A stretch of 64,000 bases of DNA from Nitrospirales bacterium (GCA_965203295.1 CBDBCZ010000016.1:480001-544000), one strand, 5' to 3'; shown: positions 38,201 to 49,910, counted from the stretch's first letter. The notes: generated by a model not told the origin, from the letters alone. Numbers and translations: made by a program.

Positions 38201-41200
38201 CAAGGTGGCTCAGTGATGCAGCCGTCACACAGCCCTTGTGGTCTGAGTAGTTAAAGGCCCATGCTCTGATCCCACCCACCAGACTGCCCCCATACCAGAA
38301 GAGAAGAGTCACCCTCGGCTGTTAACTCCACACAACTAACAGTGTAATCTCCATTTCATTTGTCCATTGTGAAACTAAAGTTATGTAAACTGAATTAAAC
38401 CTACATGAGAGGAATCCCCCACATACTACACCACAGGTGCACATACCTACATGTTATATTTGTACCATGGGTTTCAAGGTGTATGGGATTTGTACCCGAG
38501 GGCAGTTGTATGTCTTCCCGAGGGCGAAGCCAGAGGGAAGACATACAACTGCACGAGGGTACAAATCCCATACACCTTAGAAACCCATGGTACAGATGAC
38601 TTGTGCCATAGTAGCTTTTATAGTGCCCGCTAATTGTTTCACAGTTTTGAGAAGAAGCCACAGTTGCCCAGCAACCCTCATGTACCCTAGGGTACATAGA
38701 TGTACCCTGGCTTGAAAGGCACCGCCTAAGTACATGGGGTTTGTACACTATGGCGGTGCCTTTCAAGTGACTTACAACTATGGTACAAGTATAGATAGAG
38801 ACTTTGTGAGCAAGTTGTATGTTCCAGACCTATGGCAGAGGCATGAGGGTCTCTGACCAGTAGCGTATACACACCACTACCTATACTGTGTTGTGAGATT
38901 ACACTCTGGGGTTCTCTGGTGTGACCTTACACTCTCATATCTGGGGTGATGTAGCCAGCCTATCTGACAATCAAACACCCCAGAGGAGGTACGTCAAGGT
39001 TTGAATTACTCATTACGTCATGCACTGGCGTGCACGATTAATTGCGTTCTTTTAGCTAACGCATGCGTACAAGTGCAGTTGTCAGCTAAAACCTCAATTT
39101 TCTCGCTATTTCGCCGGGGGCTCAGAGGGGCTCAGCCGCTCAAAAGGCTTACTTTTTGAAGGCAAAAATCATGGACCTAACGATCGGGCTGAACTGCAAG
39201 ATTATATCGGTAAGCCACTCGCTAGAAGTACGGTAGATGCCTACAATGATGGTAGAAAGTATTGACTGCTGATTTATAGCAGTCATTAGCTGGAATACCT
39301 CTCGAAAAAGTAACGCACAAATGCACAGATCCTCTCTTCCAAGTAAATTAGCTCGATATACTTACCGGTCATGTGACTAGTTTGCCTTTTAGCACGTGAT
39401 GCTGACGTACCTCCTCTGCAAATACCCAGACTAGGCATGTATCTGTGACTTCTAATGATGGAACAACATATCCTCATCATCAGTACTAATTGTACTTTCT
39501 TAACCAAACACCACCACCTCTGACATGCCTGTAAGAGACACAAGACAACCAGAAAACTGCAGCTATGGGTAGGGCCAACTTCAAAGATGGTAATAACATG
39601 AACGATGAGATTTCTAACTATAAAACTTTGCCCCGATGACTGGAAAACCTGGCTGGAACATTGAAAATATCCTTGAAACCTTCGTTACAATAGACTGCTC
39701 GATAATTTATATTCTCTTTTGATTACATTTACATGTGTGCAGCCATTGAAGTTGCCAATGAGCGAGTACCCACATTACATGGATCATTCATTGGCTCTTT
39801 CGAAAGACAAAGTGGTGTTGTTTCACTTCGGCTAATTTTCCTCTCTAAGTGTATTGTGAGCACTGCTGAAGTATGTACATGTACATATCACACAGTCCTC
39901 GTGAACAGCATGGCGGAGAGCAAACAACTTACAAGCAAGCCCAGTGCAGTGGTGTCCACCCGTCCACATCAGGACTCTCTGGATCGACGCTGTGTTTGAG
40001 AAGTGTCTTTGTAACATCAAGGTGACCCCGCCTGCATGAGAGAAGCCACTTTAGGAGTACTTTTTGCATGCATGTACACCAGCAGCCACACAATTAATTC
40101 ACACTGGGTTTTACATACACCAAATATAGCAGCTGCCTTCTACTGATACCAATGCTGCAAACAGACCACAGCAAGGCCTCAAACTAGTGCTGAACTATAG
40201 TGAACTCAGGTGATTTATCCTGTAGCACATCATCATCTCTCATACAAGGCAGTACATGGACTATAGTAGGGAAGAGAAGCTGACAGCAATAATGGTCTAA
40301 CTGGTAAGAACAGTGCTTCCTTCATGAGGCACAGTTTATATATATCACATCTCTTGCCCTCTCCCGCTTTACAGTAAATGTCACCTCCGGAAAATAGCTA
40401 CAAATTGTTCTTATATACATTACACAACCTTTTTCCAGCCAAGCTTTTTTCCCCAATACAGTTTTATGTAACAATTAAACCCCAGTTTGCAGTGATTACG
40501 GGATTCAATTAGTGCGTGAGGACAATAAAGTAACGGTTGAGAGTGATAATGCACGAGCCAAAGGTGTTAATATAAAATCAGACAAAGTAGCTACCAGCTT
40601 TTTTCAATTCTATACTGTAAAATCTGATAAATAACTGCCCCCTTAAAGGTAACCGCCCCTCTAGTATAACCGATCAATTTACTGCAACAACAGTTTACTC
40701 GTGTGTAAAACCTTCTATGTAAACATAACCGCCCATAATTTACACGTGCAGCCCAGGCAGGAAATTGTATCTGCAAAATTAATAGCGTTTGCACGCGTGA
40801 ATGTCTAGCAAGCAGAGCATGCAGCAAATGCGTAGAACATGACCGTACAGAAAACCGGCGAGAATCAGACTGTGAAAATCAAGAAGTCGGCGTTAGTCGC
40901 AGATTTACAGAAACATCCTCTACGTTGAGATCAGCCCGGCAGATGTAGGTAGGAAGCCTTCAGGCAGGCAAGCTGAACGAGCTCCATAGCGGTTACCTTA
41001 GCTACCGTAGCTTAGTCTCGTTCCATGCAGAACCCTCCACTAACCGTAGCTAGGGTTTTCTCGCTACCACGCTATTAACGGTTGTTTGCAAAAATAACCG
41101 ATCTGTGATTATACCCGCCCATGTAAAAGTAACCGGCCATTGAGGCTGCTAATTCCAATTATAACCGCCCCCGGTTATTTTTCAGAGTTTACGGTATGGT

Positions 41201-44200
41201 ATATAAATGTTCCTTGGCTAGCAAAGAGATAAAAAAGTAATGTAATACATGTATAGGTAGCAATTTTTACAGGTTAAAGCTTCTAACTGGAAGTGCACTG
41301 CAAAATTGCTGAATCAACACTTTTACAGCACCGATGAGGTAACCTTGGATGGTTTGAGTATTGCTTTGGGTCTTGTTGGTTTCCTCAGTAGAGCAGTGGT
41401 TCATACGGGTTTGGCAGGGCTTACTAACCTGAATTCAAAATAAACTCTATCCTATAGGCACGGTACTGGAGTAGTCACCATCAGCTACAGTAATCCGGCT
41501 TCAATCAAAGTGTAGTTACAGCTACCCGGGCCTACATGTAAACAGGATGCCATTTTTTGTGTGGTCGGTCTAGCAAATGTATCTGCATATTGTGGCAGAT
41601 TCCTCACTTGGTACCATAGACTCGGGTTATCAGGCGCACTTCATTATGTAGCGCACATATGCTATCAGGTGCATGCTCGCTTCTTGGCCCAAAGACGCAA
41701 AAACCTTGTTAAGAGGCGCACGTTCCAATTAAAAGTAATATGGGGTGGAACAACTGCACACAAAATCGAATGGAGACTGCTAGCAGCTAGACAGAGGAGG
41801 TTGGACACGGTCATGTGACATACGAGCGTACACGATTCTCTATAGAGATTTCTGTATAAAAAGCACTAAAAAGTGTTCTCATTAGTCTTTAAGCGTATCC
41901 CCAAGGAATAGACATCTTTTGAAAGCTCTCCCAAAGTAGATTCAGAATATCTCGCCAACCCCGTTCAACCCCTGGGTCATTGCAGAGCTACGGTCGTTTA
42001 AATATCTAGCTATCGGCAAGGCGAACGAGACTACATACTGGATTCTATCTAGTAACGGAAAGATGCTGCCCGTATAGGTCTGTTCCAGCCATCTTACAGC
42101 AATCTACAGGCTATTGCAGCTTTATAACGAGCTATGCTTACCTTCTCAGTGAGCTAATTGCATGCTGGAATGCAACGTGGAATGTAATAAAGTGCAGCTA
42201 AAGGCATGTGACTGTGCACGTTAATGAATGCGTGTCCAACCTCCTCTGGTAGCTAGCTAAGTGAGAGGGATTACTTTGCAACTGCCCAGTCATCAAGTTG
42301 CTAGCTAGATAAGTCAAAGGCCTATAGAGGGAGCAAGCATGCACCAATCCTCATTCGAGCACGCTCTCATCTCAGACTGCTCTCTGCTGATTTTCATCTC
42401 AAACTGCTCTCTGCCGAGTTACATCGCCGACCGCTTTGATAAACTGCGATCCCATATTGGTAGTTTGTAATCTGCTACCGGTAACAGCAACGTGCCGCGA
42501 TGATGTCATGAAAACCTAGGCGTGGTCAACCTTTAACCCCCGTTAATTATGTAGCACACTTTGTTATATGTAGCGCATATATTTTTGCTATTGTCCCAAC
42601 TAGCGCATGCACTTGATAACCCGAGTCTACGGTAGTCTATTTTATATTTGATTTTGTGATTTTTAGGAGTCAAACGTAAGTTTAGTCAATTAGGACTGAT
42701 TTGGCTTTCAAGGGAGTTAGCAAGCAAATTGGCTGGTTCGATGAGTCTGACTAGTCACTGGCTGACTCAGTTAATTAACAGATGTTCACAGGAAACTAAC
42801 AGTCACTAGTAGGTACTATTTCTTGTAGCTACAATGTAAAGGTATATATGTACATACAAATATGTAGCTGTAGACTCAGCCACAGGGTTTGGCACGGGAT
42901 TAGACATCAGAGAGGTTGGGGTTTGGTACACCAGGAAATGCCACACACAATGGCTATCCAGGACACCTCTACACATAACGAGCTACACACTTAATATCTG
43001 CAATTGAAATGGGTGGGACTCCTCCTCTCCAGCCTACCTATGTACAGCAGGATACACTGCAGTTTTACATTACATACGTATCTAGTAATTATGGGAGCTT
43101 TTTTTTAATCAGTAGTCACATGAGAAAGCATCTGTTTTTGAATATCCAGTACACAGCTACACTCACATTAATTTGTCCTTTGTGAAGCGTAAACAGAGCA
43201 TAACCTACACGAGGGGAATTCCCCACATGTAAACACTACAAACATGTGTACGTGCATTCTGCACTGTACAGGGTGATAGAGGATTTGTGAGCACAGCCAA
43301 GCTGTATGTTCCAGGGACTATGGCAGGGTCTCTGACCAGTAGTGTATACACACCACTACCTATACTGTGATGAGAGCTTATACTCTGCGATTCTCTGGTG
43401 CGATCTTACACTCTTACGTAGTTTCAGACTAGCTAGAATATGCACATTTGCATAAAAAGTGTTTGCTCAAAACATCTGGTATGGTACTAATCACATGTAG
43501 CTGCCTGCTATAGTATGGTGTAAGCACTCAGCCCCTTGTGAAAACAGAGGGTCTGGTACAGACTCTATAGCTATATTGGACGTTATGGTATGATGAAAGC
43601 ACTCAGACAGTGAGCTTTCAATCTGATTGGTCAAAGCATACCATCATCAAGGCTATACATAATTATTCTACGAATTTTGAATCTGATCGGATCGCAGTGT
43701 ACACTATGAGACAGACAATCCAATGCGGTGTCTGTACCAGACCCTCTGTATTACGTGAGGTGCAGGTATGTCAGACTAGGAGATTGCCTACATCCCCACA
43801 GTTAAGTCTCAGCATACTGCATCTATATAGAGTGACAGAGGCTTGCACGCTCATGAGTTCCTGATGAGGTTTGACCATTAAAATGATCAGAGCACTCAAC
43901 AATAAACAGACAATAGTGTTGTACTGTGTATAGGACATTTCTGTCACTGCATTTTACTAAAATGTTAGGTTGGTAAGTCAATTCAAGGAAATTTGTTGCC
44001 ACAAAATGGTTGATGTTGCGAGTGATGTACACAATTACTTTAGCACCACTGCATCCAGGGTCTTGCTAGCCAAACTGAACAAGTTTTATGCACAAAGTAC
44101 TTCTCTGTACATATTAAATCACTTTATGTACATGTACATCATTCATTATGAACAAACAAAAGGAATGGTTCACCCACAATAGATATAACCCTACATTAGG

Positions 44201-44558
44201 AATTTATTCCACACAACGGGCTGCCTCCTGCATCCCATATACACGACATTGCAGATGGAGAAGTTCAAAAGTAGAAATTGTCTAGAATACTGGAGACTGC
44301 AAATAGTGGCCTGACTAGTCTCGTAGTCAGAGCTCAGGAGGACTCTCACTCTGGGTACGAGACTATGGCCTGACTGCTGTGAACACAAACTAGGGGTGGG
44401 GTCAGGGCGACAAATAATACCACTTACTGGCAAGCATAATGCAGTGGAGTGCGATCTAACCAATCCCGGCAGTTGATGTCGCAGGAGCCACTCTGTACGA
44501 TTCTCTTCACTACGGTGACGTCTCCGCGTTCAGCAGCTCGGAGCAATTCCGCCTCCAT
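8950..44558 (-). CDS. Ankyrin-repeat ROCO protein (Ank x~10 - Roc GTPase - COR - death-fold-like), 10 exons, 1056 aa if all exons are used
   Basis: Exons 44558-44428, 40031-39933, 36395-36297, 33971-33873, 29611-29513, 27855-27757, 25540-25442, 19653-19561, 15944-15846, 11203-8950. All introns are GT-AG phase 2. Total 3171 nt = 1057 codons with no internal stop. Confidence 0.88.
15846..15944 (-). CDS. ROCO exon 9, ankyrin cassette type B
   Basis: tag|G...AT|gtaagc, 99 nt, EGHLESMKILYEYKANPDCADGRGRTPLHLAC(M). Confidence 0.88.
16257..17502. mobile_element. TA-TSD MITE (CCGTAAAC termini) carrying a nested insertion; sister copy at 40615-41194
   Basis: TA|CCGTAAAC...GTTTACCG|TA. Paralogous empty site (ccatcaatcacaataattatattt) at ~28155 and ~34261. 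Confidence 0.85.
16791..17486 (-). mobile_element. Internally deleted DNA transposon with ~40-bp TIRs and 4-bp TSD (Sola2-like)
   Basis: TTAT|GGGTAATTCCAAATCAATTC...GAATTGATTTGGAATTACCC|TTAT. Absent from the sister MITE at ~41180. Residual ORF SSFKYPQTQDI...VDPRTRTGRVYTL. The superfamily call is tentative. Confidence 0.75.
19561..19653 (-). CDS. ROCO exon 8, ankyrin cassette type B with an in-frame 6-nt deletion
   Basis: tag|G...AG|gtaagc, 93 nt, EG--EMMKILCEYKANPDCADEWGQTPLHWAC(R). Confidence 0.8.
20075..20653. mobile_element. piggyBac-like MITE (TTAA TSD)
   Basis: TTAA|CCCTTTGGCTTCC...GGAAGCCAAAGGG|TTAA. Empty sites (gcattaaaatc) at ~28315 and ~34424. Confidence 0.9.
23603..24256. mobile_element. 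piggyBac-like MITE (TTAA TSD)
   Basis: TTAA|CCCTTTGAGCGTGG...CCGCATTCAAAGGG|TTAA. Confidence 0.85.
25442..25540 (-). CDS. ROCO exon 7, ankyrin cassette type A
   Basis: cag|G...AG|gtaggt, 99 nt, YRHFAVEKHRCQVRAKVNCAAKDGETPLHIAR(R). Confidence 0.8.
27757..27855 (-). CDS. ROCO exon 6, ankyrin cassette type B
   Basis: tag|G...AG|gtaagc, 99 nt, EGHLDSMKILCEYKANPDCADKWGQTPLHEAC(R). Confidence 0.88.
28541..29075 (-). mobile_element. Non-autonomous Helitron-like insertion
   Basis: Absent from paralogs at ~21365 and ~34645. GC hairpin at one end, GACA-rich microsatellite, short hairpin plus CTAG at the other end. No TIR. Confidence 0.55.
29513..29611 (-). CDS. ROCO exon 5, ankyrin cassette type A
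   Basis: cag|G...TG|gtaggt, 99 nt, SGRTDIVKHLCQVHANVDCADKNGKTPLHKAC(W). Confidence 0.88.
30212..30659. mobile_element. MITE with imperfect TIRs and 8-9-bp TSD
   Basis: Flanked by ATGAGAGTG on both sides. Empty sites at ~26115 and ~36993. Confidence 0.75.
31946..32175. mobile_element. hAT-like AT-rich MITE
   Basis: TIR TAGTGTTGTTTTAGT / ACTAAAACAACACTA, imperfect 8-bp flanks attaagag/attaacac, internal ttagtt repeats. Confidence 0.6.
32329..33040. mobile_element. MITE of the CAGAGGAGGT family, 9-bp TSD
   Basis: GGGTTCAAT|CAGAGGAGGTTGGAC...GTCCAACCTCCTCTG|GGGTTCAAT. Confidence 0.88.
33873..33971 (-). CDS. ROCO exon 4, ankyrin cassette type B
   Basis: 99 nt; identical to exon 6 except one synonymous CAC/CAT change. 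Confidence 0.88.
36297..36395 (-). CDS. ROCO exon 3, ankyrin cassette type A
   Basis: cag|G...AG|gtaggt, 99 nt, NGHTDIVKHLCQVRANVNCATEDGETPLHIAR(R). Confidence 0.88.
37158..37918 (-). mobile_element. Non-autonomous Helitron-like insertion
   Basis: Absent at paralog ~26280 (cagttacaataaggttt). The minus-strand 3' end is hairpin TACGCAAG..CTTGCGTA then CTAG|T. GC hairpin and (ATAG)n near the other end. Confidence 0.6.
38454..38794. mobile_element. Foldback MITE with TATA-type termini and a long internal hairpin
   Basis: TATATTTGTACCAT...ATGGTACAAGTATA. ~55-bp imperfect inverted arms at 38461-38593. Absent from paralogs at ~26815 and ~31195. Confidence 0.7.
38981..39418. mobile_element. MITE of the CAGAGGAGGT family, 9-bp TSD
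   Basis: caaacaccc|CAGAGGAGGTACGTCA...TGACGTACCTCCTCTG|caaataccc. Empty sites at ~27005 and ~31388. Confidence 0.85.
39933..40031 (-). CDS. ROCO exon 2, divergent ankyrin cassette (B-like)
   Basis: cag|G...TT|gtaagt, 99 nt, RGHLDVTKTLLKHSVDPESPDVDGWTPLHWAC(L). Confidence 0.88.
40615..41194. mobile_element. TA-TSD MITE, sister of 16257-17502
   Basis: TA|CTGTAAAATCTGATAAATAAC...GTTATTTTTCAGAGTTTACGG|TA; internal sequence is homologous to 16270-16790. Confidence 0.82.
41792..42248. mobile_element. MITE of the CAGAGGAGGT family
   Basis: CAGAGGAGGTTGGACACG...CGTGTCCAACCTCCTCTG with imperfect 9-bp flanks gcagctaga/gtagctagc. Confidence 0.8.
44316..44365. mobile_element. 50-bp hairpin MITE with 9-bp TSD
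   Basis: TGGCCTGAC|TAGTCTCGTA...TACGAGACTA|TGGCCTGAC. Confidence 0.85.
44428..44558 (-). CDS. ROCO exon 1 (start, N-cap plus first ankyrin repeat)
   Basis: aacATGG...CA|gtaagt, MEAELLRAAERGDVTVVKRIVQSGSCDINCRDWLDRTPLHYAC(Q). Confidence 0.88.
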
Positions 44559-44579
44559 GTTAATTACATCCAGGGCACA

Positions 44580-44620
44580 TGATCCCGCCCACACAGACTG
44601 AATTTCAGCCCCGCCCCGCT
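44580..44620 (-). promoter_or_regulatory. Putative ROCO proximal promoter (GC boxes)
   Basis: CCCGCCC and GCCCCGCCCC motifs 25-60 bp upstream of the ATG. Motif evidence only. Confidence 0.35.
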
Positions 44621-45370
44621 ACCAAATTAAACAGTAGCCATGTACTTGCTCCCCTCCAACACACACACACACACAAAACTTTAATTTTGCTGAACTTTCT
44701 CAACCTGCTGCAGACACTTAATCGATCTAGACCTATAACTTCATATACAGCTCTACTCTCATCAGCCTGGCTCACGTACAGCTCCATTTCATACAGGAGA
44801 TTACACAACACACTGTTTCAGAAATACTTTATCCGCTACACCACAGTTATATACATACAGCAAATTAAAGGAGCACACTCAACATTACATCATAACGAGA
44901 CAACAGTTATTCATGCGCCTGAAAAACTTTAGAAACAGAAATAATGCTCGAAATCTGTCACTAAATAGCCCCGCACCACACTTTCATGCTTGGTAGACGG
45001 GGGGAGGGAACTCTCTGATGGGTTTGGCCAGCACCTTGCTACTGGATAAGTGCTTGTTGAGGATGCCGAAGATCTGGTTGTTCAGTTTCTTGTAGACTCG
45101 GATGCGCTCCACCATCTTACGCAGGGACTGCAGGAGGGGGCAGAAGAGAGGGCGATTTAAGGGCTTCTCTCTCACAAGCAAGGACGATTACAAAGACACA
45201 GCTAACCAGAGAGCTCACTGTACACAACTACAGCTATAATTATATTGCTGCTATAAAAGTTCACATCATTGTTCTAATCCAGATAACCTCTCAACACTTC
45301 AGCAACGACTTGTACTAGTGAAGACAGCCAGCTAGATAAATACTTTGTTCTCTGTCAAAGTTGCATACTA

Positions 45371-45966
45371 CCTTATAGCCGGAAAATTTGGCGAGAACTT
45401 TAATTTGGTGGTTTGGCAAATCGTAAAGAATTGCCAAATTAAATTCTCGCCAAATTAAATTCTCACGCATTATGTAGTACGTAACACCCACGCGTGCATT
45501 CAGCTACAAAAAAGAAGTTGTTGTTCCCACTCCACGTACGTGTTTCCTCTCAAACAAAGCTGTAAAGCGCTTTCTATCTGGAGACTTGAAGCCTGTCACA
45601 CGGTCACCTCAAGGCAAGTATAACACTTACATGCAAGAAAGGACACAAATTGGAAAAGTCTGCCGCTGACAACGGAGCGACAAAAGCCGCTACACACTTC
45701 TCGAAGCTTCTGGATAGTAAAATAGGCGAATCCAACGTCTCCATTGTCGAGCTCAGTGACAAATAACTTAAAATGTTCAGCAGCATTGCACGTTGTGCGC
45801 CTAGGATTACGTAATACGCCAATATAAATGCCCAAAATGAATTGAAGATTACGTCATAGCCTATGCTGTATACAATCACCAAAATTAAATTTCGGCAATA
45901 TTTAATTTTATCCGTTTTTGGCTATTTCGCCAAATTTAATTCTCACCAAATTTTCCGGCTATACGG
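45371..45966. mobile_element. TA-TSD MITE; partial copies at ~15112-15610, 22445-22963 and 35935-36140
   Basis: TA|CCTTATAGCCGGAAAATTTGG...CCAAATTTTCCGGCTATACGG|TA with repeated cgccaaattaaatt subterminal motifs. Confidence 0.82.
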
Positions 45967-46639
45967 TATTTTGGCTATCAATTGAGCAGTTCAGAGGCAG
46001 TCACATACTACATGTAGAACACATACTACAGTACCCATTCATACCACCGAGAGCTAAATACAGTTGGCAGAACATTGTTCACTCACTTCTGCCAGTTATT
46101 GAACAAGATATGCAAAGGAGTTTGGGAAGGTGAGCCCCCTGTTGTTAATCCACACGTCCACCGCAACTATAAAGTTCACACACTGAGTCTGCACTGTACT
46201 TTCTGCAGCAGAGTGAGTACTTTCTGCTCAACAGTAACAAAGCTTTCAGCGACGGGGTAATTATGTAAAGAGCATATATCACCAAGAAAACTAAAATATC
46301 CAGCCATGGGCCTACCACTGAGAAGACTGACAGCTACAGCCTGCAGCATGGACAGGGTCCAGCCCACAGGGTTACACTGCAGACCCTCCCCACACCACTC
46401 CCTGTACACAGGAGGGATGGAAGGTGGGGAATAGGAAGGCCATGGTGTACCTTATAAACACAAAAGAAAGGACTGTCTACACATCAATGTTACAAAGTCC
46501 TTGGAAATAGTTCACCAGCTACATAATCACCAAACAGTACAATGGTGAATGCAGGGCAATGTGGTGGTGAGCACGAGAAACGTAACGTTACATTAGCAAC
46601 TAAAAACGTGTAGGGCTATATAGGTACTTTGGAAACCCC

Positions 46640-46750
46640 CCCCCTCCCCTTCCCTTCCCTCCCCTCCCCTCCCCTCCCCTCCCCTCCCCTCCCCTCCCCT
46701 CCCCTCCCCTCCCCTCCCCTCCCCTCCCCCACCCTACCCCCTTCCTCCCC
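46640..46750. repeat. (CCCCT)n microsatellite
   Basis: Direct reading. Confidence 0.95.
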
Positions 46751-47088
46751 TCCCAGCTTACTCCACAGTGATCTGTCCTGGTGTGGGAGAAGGGCAGTAG
46801 GAGAACTGGATGGCACTCCAGAGGCGGTAGAACTTCTGGCACTCATCGATGCTCATCACCCCATTCACGGGGGGAGGACCATTCCACACCTACACAAGAG
46901 TGTAAGGGATAGTTCAAAGTCAGTGGTACAGTATGTTACAGTAGAGTCTGCTTGTTCAAAAAAAGTAGCACCCTTGGCATTGGCTGCCTGCTGCTGAGTG
47001 CCGTGCTTGGAGACCATGGAGACCAGGTGCAGGGGGGCGTACTGTTGGTCCATCTGCTGCATCACTACCTCAGCACTCTGGTCCTCTG

Positions 47089-47370
47089 CGTGTGTGTGTG
47101 TGTGTGCGTGTGTGTGTGTGTGTGTGCGTGTGCGTGTGCGTGTGCGTGTGCGTGTGCGTGTGCGTGTGCGTGTGCGTGTGCGTGTGCGTGTGCGTGTGCG
47201 TGTGCGTGTGCGTGTGCGTGTGCGTGTGCGTGTGCGTGTGCGTGTGCGTGTGCGTGTGCGTGTGCGTGTGCGTGTGCGTGTGCGTGTGCGTGTGCGTGTG
47301 CGTGTGCGTGTGCGTGTGCGTGTGCGTGTGCGTGTGCGTGTGCGTGTGCGTGTGCGTGTGCGTGTGCGTG
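47089..47370. repeat. (GT)n/(GTGTGC)n microsatellite
   Basis: Direct reading; explains the RT/HA/VR/CV repeat ORFs. Confidence 0.97.
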
Positions 47371-48084
47371 GCGGGGGGTGCACACATGAATGGATAGATG
47401 AATACAAGCACATGTATACACATTTGTGCATGTGAATGGTATACACAGGAGGTAGGTCACAGCTACATCACAAAGTAAATATTAATTTTGTGTCATGTGA
47501 TATTGAGCAGTTATCAAAAGTTGCGAAACGCGTGAGTTTCCGGCAGAATGAGTGACAGCGATTGTAGCAGTGGGTCTCCACGGCCTAAAACTCCAGATAT
47601 ACACTTGGCATCTCTGACAATTGGACGGGACGGCATACTAGCCAAAGTGCCACTCTTTTCTACCATGTTTGCAGCTGAATTTATCAACATTTTGATGAAT
47701 GACGATTATTACCCACGACTCCATCCGAGTCCATATTTCAGATGATTGAGTTGGAGCTGGATGGCGAAAACTAGCAAAACACTGTCTATGGGAAACACTG
47801 TACTTAACGTGCATTACGTAATCCAAATTATCCTGCTGCACGTAACTTTAATGAGACCTGATTAGCAAAGGTCAACCTTGGCTGACCTCCTCTGCACCAT
47901 TATCCACCAAGCCATGAAGCCACATAGCTACTAATTACAACAACCCACTTTTACAATCCTAGCTACTTCACATTGCAAATCCTACAAAGATAGTAGAGTC
48001 TACTATCTATGATAAATGTACAGATTTACCTATGCTTACCAGGAATGATGTTGTCATACATAACGGGTAATGCAGCAAATCAAG

Positions 48085-48774
<690 letters not shown>

Positions 48775-49504
48775 CACATACATAAGTCAGTGGTGGAATT
48801 GTAGCAGAAGTTGGGTAGGAAGTCGTAATGAAGCTCCCAGAAGATGTGCAGTGTGATTCTGCCGTGTGGAGAGCTGACCGCCTGGTTGACTTCCCTTAGC
48901 ATGGCGTCCCAGGAGTCCAGCTGCACGTACTCTGACAGCAGCTTGTTGGTCAAGCGGTTGACCTCCAGGAGAATCTCCAGCTCCTAGAGAGGAAGAGGGA
49001 GGAGGGAGTGAAAGGAAGAGGGTACTTTGGCCAGAACGGCTTAGAGACCATCACTACTCTGGTCTACACTCACATCTGAAATAGTAGGATGAGGCATACA
49101 GAACTCACCACAATGCCACAGAGGTCACTCGATTCAAACTTTGCCACAGCGAGGTCTATTGCCTTCACCATGCTGCTACCCAGCCTCTGGCAGAGCAGTG
49201 AGTTCAGGTCAATGGACCGACTCAGCAGCTGTTCAAAGTAAGGAGAAGAAAGCAAGTTACAGACATCGAGAACTGGAGTCCCACTGTGTACACGCAAGAC
49301 TATACCTGCACGCGGCGTTTGAGAATGGTCACATATCGGTTGGGGTTTGGGTGGGGGAACTACAATCAGAAAATTGGGTTCTTGTCATATAGAAACCACT
49401 AACAGTAGACTAGCAAAAGAAAGAAATAGCTACATGTACGTATTCTTCCAACTTTGCTGCAATGTGCTTGTAGTATTGGAAGATTTGTTCCCTCAGCTTG
49501 TACA

Positions 49505-49910
49505 CAAGGGGGGTCACTCCCATAGGCTCTGTAGTCACAACTGCGACCGCAGGTTAAAGTTTTGACCAGTTCATTTTAGCGGTTTAACCGTTGACCGCGC
49601 TCATTTTCGGCCGTTGACCTTTGACCGCTATACAATTTTTACCGTCGATTGTGCGAGGGACTTCCCCTAAAGCTAGCCGCTCGATCCGAGTCTACCGAAA
49701 AGCCCTCGAGTGACTAGCTGCGGAATGTTGCAATGTTCTTGCGTAAGGGTCCATCTATTTCGCGCTGCGATCTGACGTTGTTAGCGTTGACCGTATTTTT
49801 GAGCGTGCTTTGATCGTTGACCACACCCTTTTGAGCGGCTTTGATTGTTGACCAATGACCGACTGTGGTCGTAGTTGTGACTACAGAGCCTATGGAGTGA
49901 CCCCCCCTTG
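49505..49910. mobile_element. MITE with ~48-bp TIRs and 5-bp TSD
   Basis: GTACA|CAAGGGGGGTCACTCCCATAGGCTCTGTAGTCACAAC...GTTGTGACTACAGAGCCTATGGAGTGACCCCCCCTTG|GTACA. Confidence 0.85.

Larger units (their letters stand above)
14560..39000. repeat. Tandem segmental duplications of exon-plus-intron units inside the ROCO gene
   Basis: Near-identical blocks by eye: 27170-28540 ~ 33290-34650 ~ 15610-16250; 25170-27100 ~ 29230-31480 ~ 36140-38980; 18650-19535 ~ 21530-22460 ~ 35030-35950. Older relics at ~12200-12600, 14570-15080 and 42880-43420. Confidence 0.92.
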
